Below the pieces are notes generated by a model. That model searched no databases. It worked only from the letters and a program-made list of their open reading frames with translations, and was not told where the DNA came from. A DNA stretch of 64,000 nt, from positions 491,440 to 555,439 of the forward strand of contig CBDBQI010000005.1 in assembly GCA_965209165.1 (NCBI GenBank). Direction: 5' to 3'. The position numbers and the translations under genes are program-made. This document shows, piece after piece, positions 1-10,336 of this stretch (position 1 is its first letter; the number at the start of each line of letters is the position of its first letter). The DNA comes from Dehalococcoidia bacterium. GTDB taxonomy: Bacteria; Chloroflexota; Dehalococcoidia; Lucifugimonadales; CAJWER01.

Positions 1-18
1 TTAGTGTCGACGAAGACC

Positions 19-252
19 TCAGGCTCGGCCTTCATAGGTGCGGCTTCTAGTGGGCCGCTCGCCCACCTCGGCTCCCCAGGAATCCACCATCTTCCATACC
101 GCTTCCCAGTCCACGTCGCGCTGTTCCACGTCTGAATTCAGGTCAGCCAAGAACTCGCGCACAAGGGCGCTGACCGAGGTGTCCCGTTGGGCCGCGACGA
201 CACGCGCCTGTCTGTAGGTCTCGTCGTCCACGCTTACAGTGATGTTTCTCAT
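19..252 (-). CDS. Ribbon-helix-helix (CopG/Arc-like) type II antitoxin, orphan in this window
   Basis: 77 aa ORF. N-terminus MRNITVSVDDETYRQARVVAAQRDTSVSALVREFLADL is a classic RHH antitoxin signature. The partner toxin would lie beyond the window edge. Confidence 0.6.
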   Translation of the reverse strand: MRNITVSVDDETYRQARVVAAQRDTSVSALVREFLADLNSDVEQRDVDWEAVWKMVDSWGAEVGERPTRSRTYEGRA

Positions 253-362
253 AACGATGCCACAGTATCACAGAAACTGTGATGAAGTCGAGGAGCGAAT
301 CGGCCAGCCCCGGCGATGACTGCCTCAGGACACCAGCTTCCGGGCGGTGTTATGCTTGTCCC

Positions 363-1253
363 ATGTCGTTGCTGGAAGCGCAGGCGCTCACGAAGCACTA
401 CGGCCCCGTCATCGCTCTGGACGGGGTGGACTTCGAGGTTGGCAAGGGCGTCACCGGTCTGCTGGGCCCCAATGGCGCCGGCAAGAGCACTGCCATCAAG
501 CTGTTCCTCGGGTTGATCAAGCCGACCTCCGGCTCGGCCCAGGTGCTGGGCGAGCGGCCCTACGAGTCGATAGAGGTACGCTCGCGGCTCGGCTACATGC
601 CGGAGCACGACTGCCTTCCCCTGTCGCTGACGGCTTCGGAGTTCCTGACGCACATGGCCCAGGTGAGCGGCCTCCCGCCCGCACATGCCCGCACGCGAGC
701 GGCGGACACCCTGCGTCACGTCGGGCTCGACGAGGAACGCTACCGGTCGATAGGCGAGTACTCCACCGGCATGAAGCAGCGGGTGAAGCTGGCCCAGGCA
801 CTCGTCCATGACCCCGTGATGGTGCTCCTGGACGAGCCGACGGCCGGCCTGGACCCGCTGGGACGCGAGGAGATGCTCGCCCTCATCAGGCGCACCGGCA
901 GCGAGTTCGGCATCAGCATCATGCTCTCGTCGCACCTGATGGGCGACGTGGAGAGCACGTGCGACAGGATAGTGGTCCTGGAGGGCGGCAGGGTCGTCGA
1001 GGACGACACCGTCTCGCAGCTTACCCAGGAGACGGAGACCGTGTACGTCGAGGTGGACGACCGGCGCGACGAGCTGCTTGCCCTGCTCCAGCGCAGCGGT
1101 CTCGAAGCCAGCCTGGAGGGCATGTCGATCGTGATTGAGCGCGTGGACGATGAGGGCTACGACACCGTGAGAGACGCCGTGGTGGAGTCCGGCGCGAGGC
1201 TGCGCAGGATGGCGCCGCAGCGTCACCGCCTGACGGAGATATTCAGGAGCTAG
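363..1253 (+). CDS. ABC transporter ATP-binding protein (ABC-2/CcmA-like exporter ATPase)
   Basis: Walker A LLGPNGAGKST, ABC signature and Walker B LLDEPTAGLD are present. ATG at 363 (MSLLEAQAL) is a more plausible start than the ORF-track start at 279. Confidence 0.85.
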   Translation: MSLLEAQALTKHYGPVIALDGVDFEVGKGVTGLLGPNGAGKSTAIKLFLGLIKPTSGSAQVLGERPYESIEVRSRLGYMPEHDCLPLSLTASEFLTHMAQVSGLPPAHARTRAADTLRHVGLDEERYRSIGEYSTGMKQRVKLAQALVHDPVMVLLDEPTAGLDPLGREEMLALIRRTGSEFGISIMLSSHLMGDVESTCDRIVVLEGGRVVEDDTVSQLTQETETVYVEVDDRRDELLALLQRSGLEASLEGMSIVIERVDDEGYDTVRDAVVESGARLRRMAPQRHRLTEIFRS

Positions 1254-1256
1254 CGG

Positions 1257-2216
1257 TTGGCGTCACAGCCCAGGGGCGAAGTCTACGACATAGGCTACCG
1301 GCACTACGAGGGGCCGCGAGAGGGCCGCAACCGTGCCCGCTTCGCCCTGTGGACGAATGGCGTCCGAACAGCGTTGGGTCTGGGACGCGGCACGCGCGCC
1401 AAGGTCCTGCCGATACTCCTGTTCGCGTCGACCATGGTCCCGGCGGCGGTTTTCGTGATCATGGCCTCTTTCGCGGAGGACTTCGGCGTGTCCGACATAG
1501 TGGACGTGCCGGGCCATGCCGACTACTACGACGTGGTCTCGATCCTCGTGCTCGTGTTCTCAGCGATCATAGCCCCGGAGCTGCTGTGCGCGGACCGGCG
1601 CAGCCAGGTGCTCCAGTTGTACCTGGTGAGGCCGCTGACCCCGACGGACTACGTGGCCGGCCGCTGGCTGGCGTTCTTCACAATAGTGCTGGCGCTGGTC
1701 TACTCGGGCCAGATCGTGATGTTCGTCGGGTTCACCTTTGCGGCCAAGGAGCCCCTTGAATACCTGCGTGAGAACTGGCTCGACGTGCCGCGATTCCTGG
1801 CTGCCGGGGCGGTCGTTGCCGTCTTCGTGACGACTATTCCCCTGGCCGTATCCGGATTCACGTCCCGGCGCGCCTATGCGGCGGGCTTCGTGATAGGCCT
1901 GTTCATCATATCCACGTCGGCCGCGAACGCGCTCACTACCTGCACCGAGCGCGAAATGCGGGTCGAGAACGGGGTAACCGTCGTGGACAGGTGCGAGGCG
2001 GTCACGGGCCGGTGGGCCAAGTGGATCGGGCTCACAGACTTCGGCAGCGTTCCCGCCTACGTCAGCGACAGGATATTCGGGGAGCAACCCGACTCATCTG
2101 ACGCCGCCCGCCAGGTGAGCGAACTGAACGAAGTCATCCCGATCGCGTGGTACATCCTGCTCACGGCGGGGCCTGCCGCCATCCTCCTGCGTCGCTACCA
2201 GAAGGCGGCGCTGTAA
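1257..2216 (+). CDS. ABC-2 family transporter permease
   Basis: 319 aa hydrophobic multi-TM protein directly following the ATPase. Alternative start codon. Confidence 0.7.
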   Translation: MASQPRGEVYDIGYRHYEGPREGRNRARFALWTNGVRTALGLGRGTRAKVLPILLFASTMVPAAVFVIMASFAEDFGVSDIVDVPGHADYYDVVSILVLVFSAIIAPELLCADRRSQVLQLYLVRPLTPTDYVAGRWLAFFTIVLALVYSGQIVMFVGFTFAAKEPLEYLRENWLDVPRFLAAGAVVAVFVTTIPLAVSGFTSRRAYAAGFVIGLFIISTSAANALTTCTEREMRVENGVTVVDRCEAVTGRWAKWIGLTDFGSVPAYVSDRIFGEQPDSSDAARQVSELNEVIPIAWYILLTAGPAAILLRRYQKAAL

Positions 2217-3127
2217 TGCCCGCCATTTCGCTGAGGTCCGTGTCGAAGTGGTACGGCAACGTGGTCGCGGTCAACGACGTGTCGCTCGAGGTCGAGCCTG
2301 GAATCACGGGCCTGCTGGGGCCGAACGGCGCGGGCAAGACGACCGTGCTGCACATGATGGCGGGCCTGGCCGCCTGCTCGGAGGGCGAGGTCGAGGTACT
2401 CGGCCAGCCGGCGCGGGACAACCCGGACATCTACCGCAGGCTGGGCATGATGTCGGAGCGCGAGGCCGTCTACCCCTTCTACAGCGGCCGCAAGTTTGTC
2501 GAGCTGGCAGCCCGGCTCCACGGCCTGGAGGACGCTGCGTCGGCGGTCGACAGGGCCATAGGGTACGTCGGACTCTCCGAGGTGCAGGGCCGCTCCCTGG
2601 GCACCTACTCGCGGGGGATGAGGCAGCGCATGAGGCTGGCCGCGTCCATGGTCCACGACCCCGAGGTGCTGCTGCTGGACGAGCCCCTGAACGGCACCGA
2701 CCCCCGGCAGCGGATCGAGTTCCACGACATGATGCGGCGGCTCGCATCTGAGGGCAGGACCATACTCATCTCATCCCACATCCTCGAGGAGGTGGAAACC
2801 GTCGCGGACCGCCACCTGCTGATGGTGAGTGGCAAGCTGGCCGCGTCCGGAGACTTCCGCGCCATTCGCGAGAAGCTGGACGAGCAGCCGTACAAGGTGC
2901 GCATTCTCTGCGAGGAGCCGCGTTCGATGGCCTCGGCGCTGATGCGCCTGGACTCGGTGGAGTCGGTGTCGATGGATGACGGCGCCGTGCTCGTCCTGAG
3001 CCGGAACGTCGCGGCACTCCAGAGGGCCGTCCCGGTCACTGCTAAGGAGCTGGGACTGCGCCTGCTGCGCGTCGAGCCCATGGACGAGTCCCTGGAGAGC
3101 GTGTTCAGCTACGTGGTGGAGGGCTAG
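2217..3127 (+). CDS. ABC transporter ATP-binding protein (second ABC-2 pair)
   Basis: MPAISLRSVSKWYGNVVAVNDVSLEV...GLLGPNGAGKTT Walker A, LLLDEPLNGTD Walker B. ATG at 2217 overlaps the upstream stop. Confidence 0.85.
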
Positions 3128-3129
3128 GC

Positions 3130-3864
3130 TTGGGGACGATCTTCCAACTGTCGATGCGCCAGCTCTCGGGGAAGTGGCGGATCGCCATCATCCTGCTAGT
3201 GGCCGCCACTCCCGTAGCCGTGGTCATCGCGTTCCGGGCCTCGGGAGCGACGGACGACATATCCGCGAACGACCTCCAGGACGCGGTCAGGGTGTTCCTC
3301 GACGGCATGATCGTCGCCGCAGTGCTGCCCATAGTCACCATGACCTTCGCCACGGCCAGCTTCGGGAACGAGGTCGAGGACGGCACGTTGGGCTACCTGC
3401 TGCTCAACCCGATGCGGCGCTGGTCGATTGCGCTGGGAAAGATGCTGGCGCCGGTTGCGATCGCCGCCCCTGTGCTCATAGTCAGCGGCGTCGCCGTGGC
3501 TCTCTTGGGACTCGACGGCGACATCCGCACCGCCGCGGCCGTCGCCGCGGGCCTCCTGGCGGGAGTTGTCGGGTACAGCGTGATATTCGCGTGGCTGGGT
3601 CTCGTGACAGGCCACCCGCTGGGCTTCGCGCTGGTGTACGTGTTTCTCTGGGAGGGCCTGCTCAGCTCATTCCTGGGAGGTATACGGTACCTGAGCGTCC
3701 GCGCCTATACGCTGACCATAATGGAGGGCATCGACGAGTCCCGGCTGGATGCTCTCGGTCAACTGACGATAGAGCTGCCGGCGGCAATTGTGGGCGTAAT
3801 CGCGGTGTCGGCGGCCTTCTTCTGGCTGACGGTGCGCCGTCTGCGCGGCATGGACGTCCCGTAG
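3130..3864 (+). CDS. ABC-2 family transporter permease
   Basis: 244 aa hydrophobic protein immediately after the second ATPase. Confidence 0.7.
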   Translation: MGTIFQLSMRQLSGKWRIAIILLVAATPVAVVIAFRASGATDDISANDLQDAVRVFLDGMIVAAVLPIVTMTFATASFGNEVEDGTLGYLLLNPMRRWSIALGKMLAPVAIAAPVLIVSGVAVALLGLDGDIRTAAAVAAGLLAGVVGYSVIFAWLGLVTGHPLGFALVYVFLWEGLLSSFLGGIRYLSVRAYTLTIMEGIDESRLDALGQLTIELPAAIVGVIAVSAAFFWLTVRRLRGMDVP

Positions 3865-4018
3865 ACTGGACACCATTTCGGGCGTTGGGTAGTATTGCGC
3901 CTAACGAGCCGGAGCTATGCCCCAGGCTTGGACGGCTTCGGGCAAGAATCCACCAGAGCAACCAGTTTCGTATCTGCGGGCAAGCCGGACGGTTTGTGTC
4001 AGCCAAAGGAGCAGGGAC

Positions 4019-4990
4019 TTGCAGGCAGTTGAAGTCGCAAAGGACGAAGCCAATCGGATAGTCGACAACATAAACAAGGTCATCATCGGCAAGGGAGGAT
4101 CGGTCGAGCTCGCGGTCGTAGCCCTCATATGCCAGGGGCACATCCTGATCGAGGACGTGCCGGGCGTTGGAAAGACGATGTTGGCCCGCAGCCTCGCCAA
4201 GTCTACCGGCTGCATCTACAGCCGGATACAGTTCACGCCCGACCTGCTGCCCAGCGACATCACCGGAGTGTCGATATACAACCAGAAGTCGGGCGACTTC
4301 GAGTTCAAGCAGGGGCCCGTCCTGGCGCAGGTCGTGCTGGCGGACGAGATCAACAGGGCGACCCCAAAGACCCAGTCGGCGCTGCTGGAGGCCATGGACG
4401 AGCGCCAGGTCACCGTCGAGGGTGTGACTCACGCGCTGCCCAGGCCCTTCATGGTGATGGCCACCCAGAACCCCATCGAGTACGAGGGCACCTTCCCCCT
4501 GCCTGAAGCCCAGCTGGACAGGTTCTTCCTCAAAGTGGAGCTCGGCTACCCGACGATGGAGGAGGAGCTGGCCATAGTGACGAGCCAGGAGCGGGCCCAC
4601 CCCATCGACGCGCTGGAGGCAGTCGTGGGCGCCGACGACATCATCAAGGTGCAGGAAGCCGTCAAGGACGTCTACGTCGATGACCTGATCCGGCAGTACG
4701 TGGTCTCGATAGTGGAGGCGACGCGCGAACACGAGGACATCTCCCTCGGCAGCTCGCCTCGTGGGTCCCTGTCGATGTTCAGGGGCGCGCAGGCCCTCGC
4801 GATGATCAGGGGCCGTGACTACGTGCTTCCGGACGACGTCAAGGAGCTGGCCGTCCCAATGCTGGCGCACCGCATCATCGCCTCGGCCTCGGCCAGGATG
4901 AGGGGCGCAACCGCCGAGAGCATCGTCGCCAAGCTGGTCGAGGACATACCCGTGCCGGGGGCCCAGACACGGGGCTGGATCCGGGGTTAG
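4019..4990 (+). CDS. MoxR-family AAA+ ATPase
   Basis: Walker A motif GVGKT followed by MLARSLAKS is typical MoxR. TTG at 4019 is preceded by AAAGGAGCAGGG. The ORF-track start at 3917 is probably too early. Confidence 0.85.
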   Translation: MQAVEVAKDEANRIVDNINKVIIGKGGSVELAVVALICQGHILIEDVPGVGKTMLARSLAKSTGCIYSRIQFTPDLLPSDITGVSIYNQKSGDFEFKQGPVLAQVVLADEINRATPKTQSALLEAMDERQVTVEGVTHALPRPFMVMATQNPIEYEGTFPLPEAQLDRFFLKVELGYPTMEEELAIVTSQERAHPIDALEAVVGADDIIKVQEAVKDVYVDDLIRQYVVSIVEATREHEDISLGSSPRGSLSMFRGAQALAMIRGRDYVLPDDVKELAVPMLAHRIIASASARMRGATAESIVAKLVEDIPVPGAQTRGWIRG

Positions 4991-5028
4991 CGGGACCGAG
5001 GAGCGCGCATAGCGGCTAGGAACGGCGC

Positions 5029-6297
5029 ATGAACTGGAGCAGCATCGGCGTGCGGCCCAAGGCAAGGTTCTACCTGATCGTAGTGCTGGCCGTCGTCACG
5101 ACCGTGACCGGCATGGCAACGGGGTTCGGTCTGTTCTACCGTCTGCTCTACCTGCTGATCGGCACGGCCATCGTCGGATATGTGTGGAACTGGCTGTCCA
5201 TGCGCAGGCTCAGCGCCAGGGCCGAGCGCGGGACGAGACAGGCTCTCGTGGGCGACCTGCTGAAGGAGGAGATCACCGTCCGGAACGACAGCCACGTGCC
5301 CAAGCACGCCCTGGAGGTGCGAGACCTCACCACCCTTCCCGGCCACGCCGGCGGCAACGTTGTGAGCCTGTACGGGGGCAACACCCGGACCTGGCCCATG
5401 GAGATTCGCGCGAGGAAGAGGGGCGCATACTCGGTTGGGCCGGTGGAGATTGCCAATGGCGACCCGTTCGGCTTGTTCAGGCGCGAGCGCCGGTTCGGCA
5501 GCGCCGAGGACGTGATGATATTCCCCAGGACCCACAACCTGCCGGAGTTCGAGATACCTCCAGCCGACATCAGCGGCGACAGCTCGGTGCGGAGGCGGAG
5601 TCACACGGTTACCCCCCACGCCTCTTCCGTCAGGGACTACGCGCCGGGCGACAGCCTCAGCCGGGTCCACTGGGCCAGCTCCGCCCGGATGGGTAAGCTC
5701 ATGTCCAAGGAGTTCGACCTGGGCCGGGCCGCGGAGGTCTGGGTGCTGGTCGACCTGGACGGGAGCATCCAGGCCGGCGAGCTGGAGGAGAGCACGGATG
5801 AGTACGCTGTCTCCATAGGCGCGTCGCTGGCCAAGCGCTACCTGGAGGCGAACCTCCCCGTGGGCCTGCTGGCATACGGGGACAAGCGCTACTTCCTGGC
5901 GGCGGAGACGGGCACGGGCCAGTACCAGAGAATCATGGAGTACCTCGCGCTGAGCAAGGCCGAGGGCACAGTCCCCTTGGAGGACAACCTGCCCCAGGAC
6001 GAGCCGCTGTGGACACACCTCAGCACGGTCATCGTCATCACGTCGTCGCCGCGCATCGAGTGGACGACCGCACTCAGGGCCATGATGAGGCGCGGGATCA
6101 AGCTAGTGGTGGTGCTGGTGGATGCCGCGTCTTTCGGGGCGGACTTCGAGACGACCGAAGTCCTGGGGCCCCTTGCCGAGAGCGGCCTAGCCGCCTACGT
6201 GGTGCGGAAGGGTGACGACATTTCGGCGGCGCTTGGCAGCGGGCGCTGGGTCAGGGGACCCCAGGCCCAGGCAGCCGCGGCGGAGGCAAAGACATGA
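5029..6297 (+). CDS. DUF58 (vWA-like) protein, MoxR partner
   Basis: DUF58 motifs VRDYAPGDSLSRVHWASSAR and EFD are present. It sits in the conserved position after MoxR. Confidence 0.8.
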   Translation: MNWSSIGVRPKARFYLIVVLAVVTTVTGMATGFGLFYRLLYLLIGTAIVGYVWNWLSMRRLSARAERGTRQALVGDLLKEEITVRNDSHVPKHALEVRDLTTLPGHAGGNVVSLYGGNTRTWPMEIRARKRGAYSVGPVEIANGDPFGLFRRERRFGSAEDVMIFPRTHNLPEFEIPPADISGDSSVRRRSHTVTPHASSVRDYAPGDSLSRVHWASSARMGKLMSKEFDLGRAAEVWVLVDLDGSIQAGELEESTDEYAVSIGASLAKRYLEANLPVGLLAYGDKRYFLAAETGTGQYQRIMEYLALSKAEGTVPLEDNLPQDEPLWTHLSTVIVITSSPRIEWTTALRAMMRRGIKLVVVLVDAASFGADFETTEVLGPLAESGLAAYVVRKGDDISAALGSGRWVRGPQAQAAAAEAKT

Positions 6298-8873
6298 GCA
6301 CCGCTGACGTAGCCGTAGGAATCCCCGCCTCCGACAGCCAGTACCCCGAGCGAGGGCCGTTGATCAAGTTCGTGCAGCGGTACACCCCCGCGCAGGGCTG
6401 GGACACGTTCCTCCTGATCCTCGGAGCTGCGACGATCACCGGCTTCACAGTCATCGAAGCCGACTGGGTCGAGACACCCGGACTCCTTGCGTTGATCATC
6501 TGGTCGAGCGTCACGGGGCTCGTGCTGGCCAAGATACGGCTGCCGTGGCCGGTCCTGCACGCCGCCGGGCTGGGTCTTGGGATCGTGGCTGTCGGTTGGC
6601 AGGCCTCGACACTTGCGGACGCTCGGGACCTAGGCCGCTTCGGCGAGGTCGGAGACCGCCTGTCCGCCTGGTACGGGGCCGCAACGTCCGGAGGCATCAG
6701 CACCGACCTGCTTCCGTTTTCCCTGATCCTCCTTTCTCTGGCATGGGTGCTTGGATACGCGAGCACGTGGTTCCTGTTCCGGTCGAACAACATCTGGATC
6801 GGCCTGGTCTTGTGCGGAGTTGCGATACTGACCAATCTCAGCTTCCTTCCTGAGGGGTTCGAGACGCGGTTCTTCGCCTTCATCTTCCTGGCGATGCTCC
6901 TGGTAATCAGGATGACTTACGTCCAGCACCTCGCCGCCTGGCGCGAGGGGGGCTTCAAGTTCATGGCCACGGGGCGATGGCTCTCCGTGCAGGTTGGAGT
7001 GGCACTATGCCTGGTGGTGGTGCTCGTCACGTCTTTCCTGCCGCTGAACGTGTACGTCTGGAGGACGGCCGTCGACGTGTGGAATGCGGCCCGCTCTCCC
7101 ATTGAGAACCTGGAGGACGAGTTCGCCCGGCTCTTCTCACCCATCGCGTCGCGGAAGGACGTAGCAGGCCGCTACTTCGGCGACACGCTGGCCTTCAAGG
7201 GCCCCATCGCCCTGGGAGGCGACGTCGTCATCCAGGCAAGGTCCGAGTACCCGTCCTACTGGCTCAATCGGACCTACAGCGAGTACACGCCCCAGGGCTG
7301 GCTGGCGGGTGACCGTGAGAACACGGCGGTCGGCCCGGACGGCCCCCCTCCCCCGCCGCACGAGTCGTTCAAGAGGACGGAGGTGAACCAGACCGTCATC
7401 GTCAACTTCGACACTAACAACCTCTGGATGGGCGGGAACGTCGAGTGGGTCAGCCGCCCGGCGATAGTGGAGACGCTCAAGCCCAAGAGTTTCACGATAG
7501 ACATACGGGGGGCCGACGACCCGGGCATGCCTGATGACGTAAGGGCCATCGCCCAGGACCTGAGGCGAATGCTCGACCCGCTGAGCACGGCGTTCGTGGA
7601 GGCGGAGATAGCCCAGATGCTGCCACAGGACCTGTCGCTGGTGAGCGTCTCGCCAGGCATCGAGACTACGAACAGGACCCTGATCGACACGGTAACCATC
7701 GCCCGCAAGGAGCCGACTATCCCCGACGTGGTCGGCTGGCGCACCCAGAACCGCCTGAAGGAGGACCAGTCCTACTCGATGACCAGCTACGTCTCCCTGG
7801 CGACGGTCGAAGAGCTCAGGGAGACACCGGCGGTATACAGCGGATACATGAAAGACCACTACCTCCAGCTTCCCGCAGACCTGCCCCAACGGGTCCGCGA
7901 CCTGGCCGCGGAGGTGACGGCGGACGCCGACAATCCGATGGACAAGGCCCTCGCAGTCCAGGACTTCATGAGAAGCGACGCCTTCGAATACACGCAAGAC
8001 ATAGAGGCGCCCCCCAGGGGGGCCGATGGCGTCGACCACTTCCTGTTCAGCACGAGGGCGGGTTACAGCGATTACTACGCGTCATCCATGGCCGTGATCA
8101 TGAGAGCGGCCGGGATACCGGCCCGGCTCGCCGCGGGCTACGCTGCCGGCGAGGACGTGGAGGGGACCGAGTTCCGCGCCGTGAAGGACTCCGACAGCCA
8201 TAGCTGGGTGCAGGTCTACTTCCCGGGACACGGCTGGATAGACTTCGAGCCCACGCCGGCCTGGCCTCTGCAGCCCAGGGGCGCCCCGCTGGTGGAGGAA
8301 GAGGTCGCGGCCGCGGCGGAGGAGGAGGAGACCGGCGATGGCACCGGCAACCCCGTCGTGGAAGACCCCTGCCTCGGCATCGTCGATGAGGACGAGGCTT
8401 TCATGCTCGAGGACGAAGACTGCATTGGGGACATAGAGAGGGCCGAGGGCGTGAGGCGCACGTCGTCCTTCGCATCCGGGCTGGAATTCAGCCTGCGGCT
8501 GGCTGGTGTCGCCGCGGTCGCGGCATTGATCGCGTTGCTGGTATGGGGCGCGTGGAGACACGGCTTCGCCGGGTCCCCGTATCCCGAGACGCTGTACAAG
8601 AAGATGGGTAGGCTCGGACTGCTCGCAGGCGTACCGAGGCACCCGCATCAGACCCCCAACGAGTACGGCACCGCCATAGCCGCGGCCGTCCCATCGGCCT
8701 CGAACGCCGCCATGGCGGTGACGGCGGCCTTCTCGGCCCAGCGCTACGGTAACCACGAGCCTTCCGATGAACACGGACAGGAGCTCTCAAGGCTCTGGAG
8801 AACGCTACGAGGCGGCCTGGCAGGACGGGCCTTCCAGCGTTTCCTGCCCATGGGAGGAGGCTCCGAGGCGTGA
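6294..8873 (+). CDS. Transglutaminase-like domain membrane protein (third member of the MoxR-DUF58-TGase module)
   Basis: N-terminal multi-TM region. Transglutaminase-like core YSDYYASSMAVIMRAAGIPARLAAGY...SHSWVQVYFPGHGWIDFEPT. Start overlaps the upstream stop. Confidence 0.8.
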   Translation: MSTADVAVGIPASDSQYPERGPLIKFVQRYTPAQGWDTFLLILGAATITGFTVIEADWVETPGLLALIIWSSVTGLVLAKIRLPWPVLHAAGLGLGIVAVGWQASTLADARDLGRFGEVGDRLSAWYGAATSGGISTDLLPFSLILLSLAWVLGYASTWFLFRSNNIWIGLVLCGVAILTNLSFLPEGFETRFFAFIFLAMLLVIRMTYVQHLAAWREGGFKFMATGRWLSVQVGVALCLVVVLVTSFLPLNVYVWRTAVDVWNAARSPIENLEDEFARLFSPIASRKDVAGRYFGDTLAFKGPIALGGDVVIQARSEYPSYWLNRTYSEYTPQGWLAGDRENTAVGPDGPPPPPHESFKRTEVNQTVIVNFDTNNLWMGGNVEWVSRPAIVETLKPKSFTIDIRGADDPGMPDDVRAIAQDLRRMLDPLSTAFVEAEIAQMLPQDLSLVSVSPGIETTNRTLIDTVTIARKEPTIPDVVGWRTQNRLKEDQSYSMTSYVSLATVEELRETPAVYSGYMKDHYLQLPADLPQRVRDLAAEVTADADNPMDKALAVQDFMRSDAFEYTQDIEAPPRGADGVDHFLFSTRAGYSDYYASSMAVIMRAAGIPARLAAGYAAGEDVEGTEFRAVKDSDSHSWVQVYFPGHGWIDFEPTPAWPLQPRGAPLVEEEVAAAAEEEETGDGTGNPVVEDPCLGIVDEDEAFMLEDEDCIGDIERAEGVRRTSSFASGLEFSLRLAGVAAVAALIALLVWGAWRHGFAGSPYPETLYKKMGRLGLLAGVPRHPHQTPNEYGTAIAAAVPSASNAAMAVTAAFSAQRYGNHEPSDEHGQELSRLWRTLRGGLAGRAFQRFLPMGGGSEA

Positions 8874-9388
8874 GCGATCTCGTCTTCGACATATTCGAAA
8901 CGCCGTTCGGCTGGGTAGGCGCAGCCGCGTCAAAGCGTGGGCTTCGACGCACGACGCTCCCACAGGAGTCCCCTGACGAGTGCGCCGTCATCCTCGACGG
9001 GTACGCCGATGACGCACTGCAGGACCCCGGTCACTTCTCGGGTCTGGCGGACCTGCTCACACGGTACTTCGAGGGGGCAATAGTGGACTTTGCCGCCCAC
9101 AGCCTCGACCTGGGGGACGCGCCGGCGTTTCAAAGGGCAGCCTGGGCAGCCTGCATGACGATACCTTACGGGGAGACGAGACCGTACAAGTGGCTGGCCG
9201 CCCAAGCGGGCCGACCCAACGCACCCCGCGCTGCCGGACAGTCGATGGCCCGGAACAGGCTGCCCCTGGTCATCCCCTGCCACAGGGTCGTCGCAAGCAA
9301 CGGCGCTTTGCACGGTTTTGGAAGGGGTGCCTCGCAGCTGGACCTCAAGCAGCGGCTGCTCGACCTGGAGGCCGGCCGCCTTCTCTGA
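8870..9388 (+). CDS. ogt: Methylated-DNA--protein-cysteine methyltransferase (Ogt/MGMT)
   Basis: Active-site PCHRVV motif in IPCHRVVASNGALHGFG. 172 aa. GTG start overlaps the upstream stop. Confidence 0.85.
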   Translation: MSDLVFDIFETPFGWVGAAASKRGLRRTTLPQESPDECAVILDGYADDALQDPGHFSGLADLLTRYFEGAIVDFAAHSLDLGDAPAFQRAAWAACMTIPYGETRPYKWLAAQAGRPNAPRAAGQSMARNRLPLVIPCHRVVASNGALHGFGRGASQLDLKQRLLDLEAGRLL

Positions 9389-9483
9389 GCCAACAAGAGT
9401 GGAGCGTTCCCCCTTGAGCAGCGCTATGCCCGCGCGCGGGCCGGTCGGTGATGGTCAGTAACTGCCGACAGCTGCTGGAGGAT

Positions 9484-9520
9484 ACCGTTCGGCCTGAGCC
9501 TGTCTAAGGCCAGTGCTCAC
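9484..9520. repeat. Structured intergenic repeat family, copy A (partial core), flanked by cagtaactg / cagttactt inverted arms at 9455 and 9541
   Basis: cgttcggcctgagcctgtctaaggcc matches the 5' half of the family consensus. Confidence 0.5.
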
Positions 9521-9663
9521 CAACACAACCATGATTGGGAGCAGTTACTTGAAGCGCAGCGGCGCGCTTTCGAACCGGACTCCAACTCAATCCAGGTACC
9601 CTCGCAAAGACGGCGGACTGGCATGAGACCCCCTGTCGACGAGCTACCAGGCAAGGCCGACAC

Positions 9664-9692
9664 TTGGCACACACCTACTCCGGCCCTATAAT
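9664..9692 (+). promoter_or_regulatory. Sigma70-type promoter for plsY (TTGGCA-N17-TATAAT)
   Basis: TTGGCA at 9664-9669, a 17-nt spacer, then TATAAT at 9687-9692, about 40 nt upstream of the plsY ATG. Confidence 0.5.
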
Positions 9693-9733
9693 CGGGGGCG
9701 CACCAACGAGGAACGTAGCCCCGTCGGAAGCAG

Positions 9734-10336
9734 ATGGAGACCTACGCGAGAGAGATAGCGTTGATTGCCGCGGCGTACGCCCTCGGGTGCCTGTCGACCG
9801 GGTACTACCTGGTGCGCCTCCGGAGCGGGGCCGACGTGCGCACTCTGGGAAGCGGCAACATCGGCGCTCGCAACGTGGGCAGAGTGGCCGGCAAGTGGGG
9901 GCTCGCCGTCACGCTGGCCGGCGATACGGCAAAGGGCGCGGCCCCGGTTGCAGCGGCGCTGCTGCTGGACATGGAGCCGTGGGCCGTGATGGCGGTACTA
10001 CTCGCGGCAGTGGCGGGCCACCTGTGGCCCGCTCAGCTCGGATTCAGGGGGGGCAAGGGCCTGGCGACGACCATGGGGGCCGTGCTCGTATTGGACTACA
10101 GGCTGGTGCTCGCGGCGTTCGTCGTGGCCGGCGTCGCATGGCTGGTAACCAGGAACGCGACCGGCGGCGGCCTGGCCGCTGTACTGCTCTCCCCCCTTGC
10201 CGCACTGGTCGCAGGGCACGATCCGGTCACGGCGGGGGCGCTTGCCGTTCTGGCAGCGGCGATCATGTTCGCGCATAGGTCGAACCTGCAGGCAATGTTC
10301 CAGGGCGCCGGGACGGCCGCTGGTGAGGAAGCATGA
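9734..10336 (+). CDS. plsY: Glycerol-3-phosphate acyltransferase PlsY
   Basis: 200 aa multi-TM protein with the GSGNIGARN signature motif. Confidence 0.85.
   Translation: METYAREIALIAAAYALGCLSTGYYLVRLRSGADVRTLGSGNIGARNVGRVAGKWGLAVTLAGDTAKGAAPVAAALLLDMEPWAVMAVLLAAVAGHLWPAQLGFRGGKGLATTMGAVLVLDYRLVLAAFVVAGVAWLVTRNATGGGLAAVLLSPLAALVAGHDPVTAGALAVLAAAIMFAHRSNLQAMFQGAGTAAGEEA

Noticed and set aside
249-1226. 325-aa minus-strand ORF
   Set aside because: Antisense to an ABC ATPase with clear Walker motifs.
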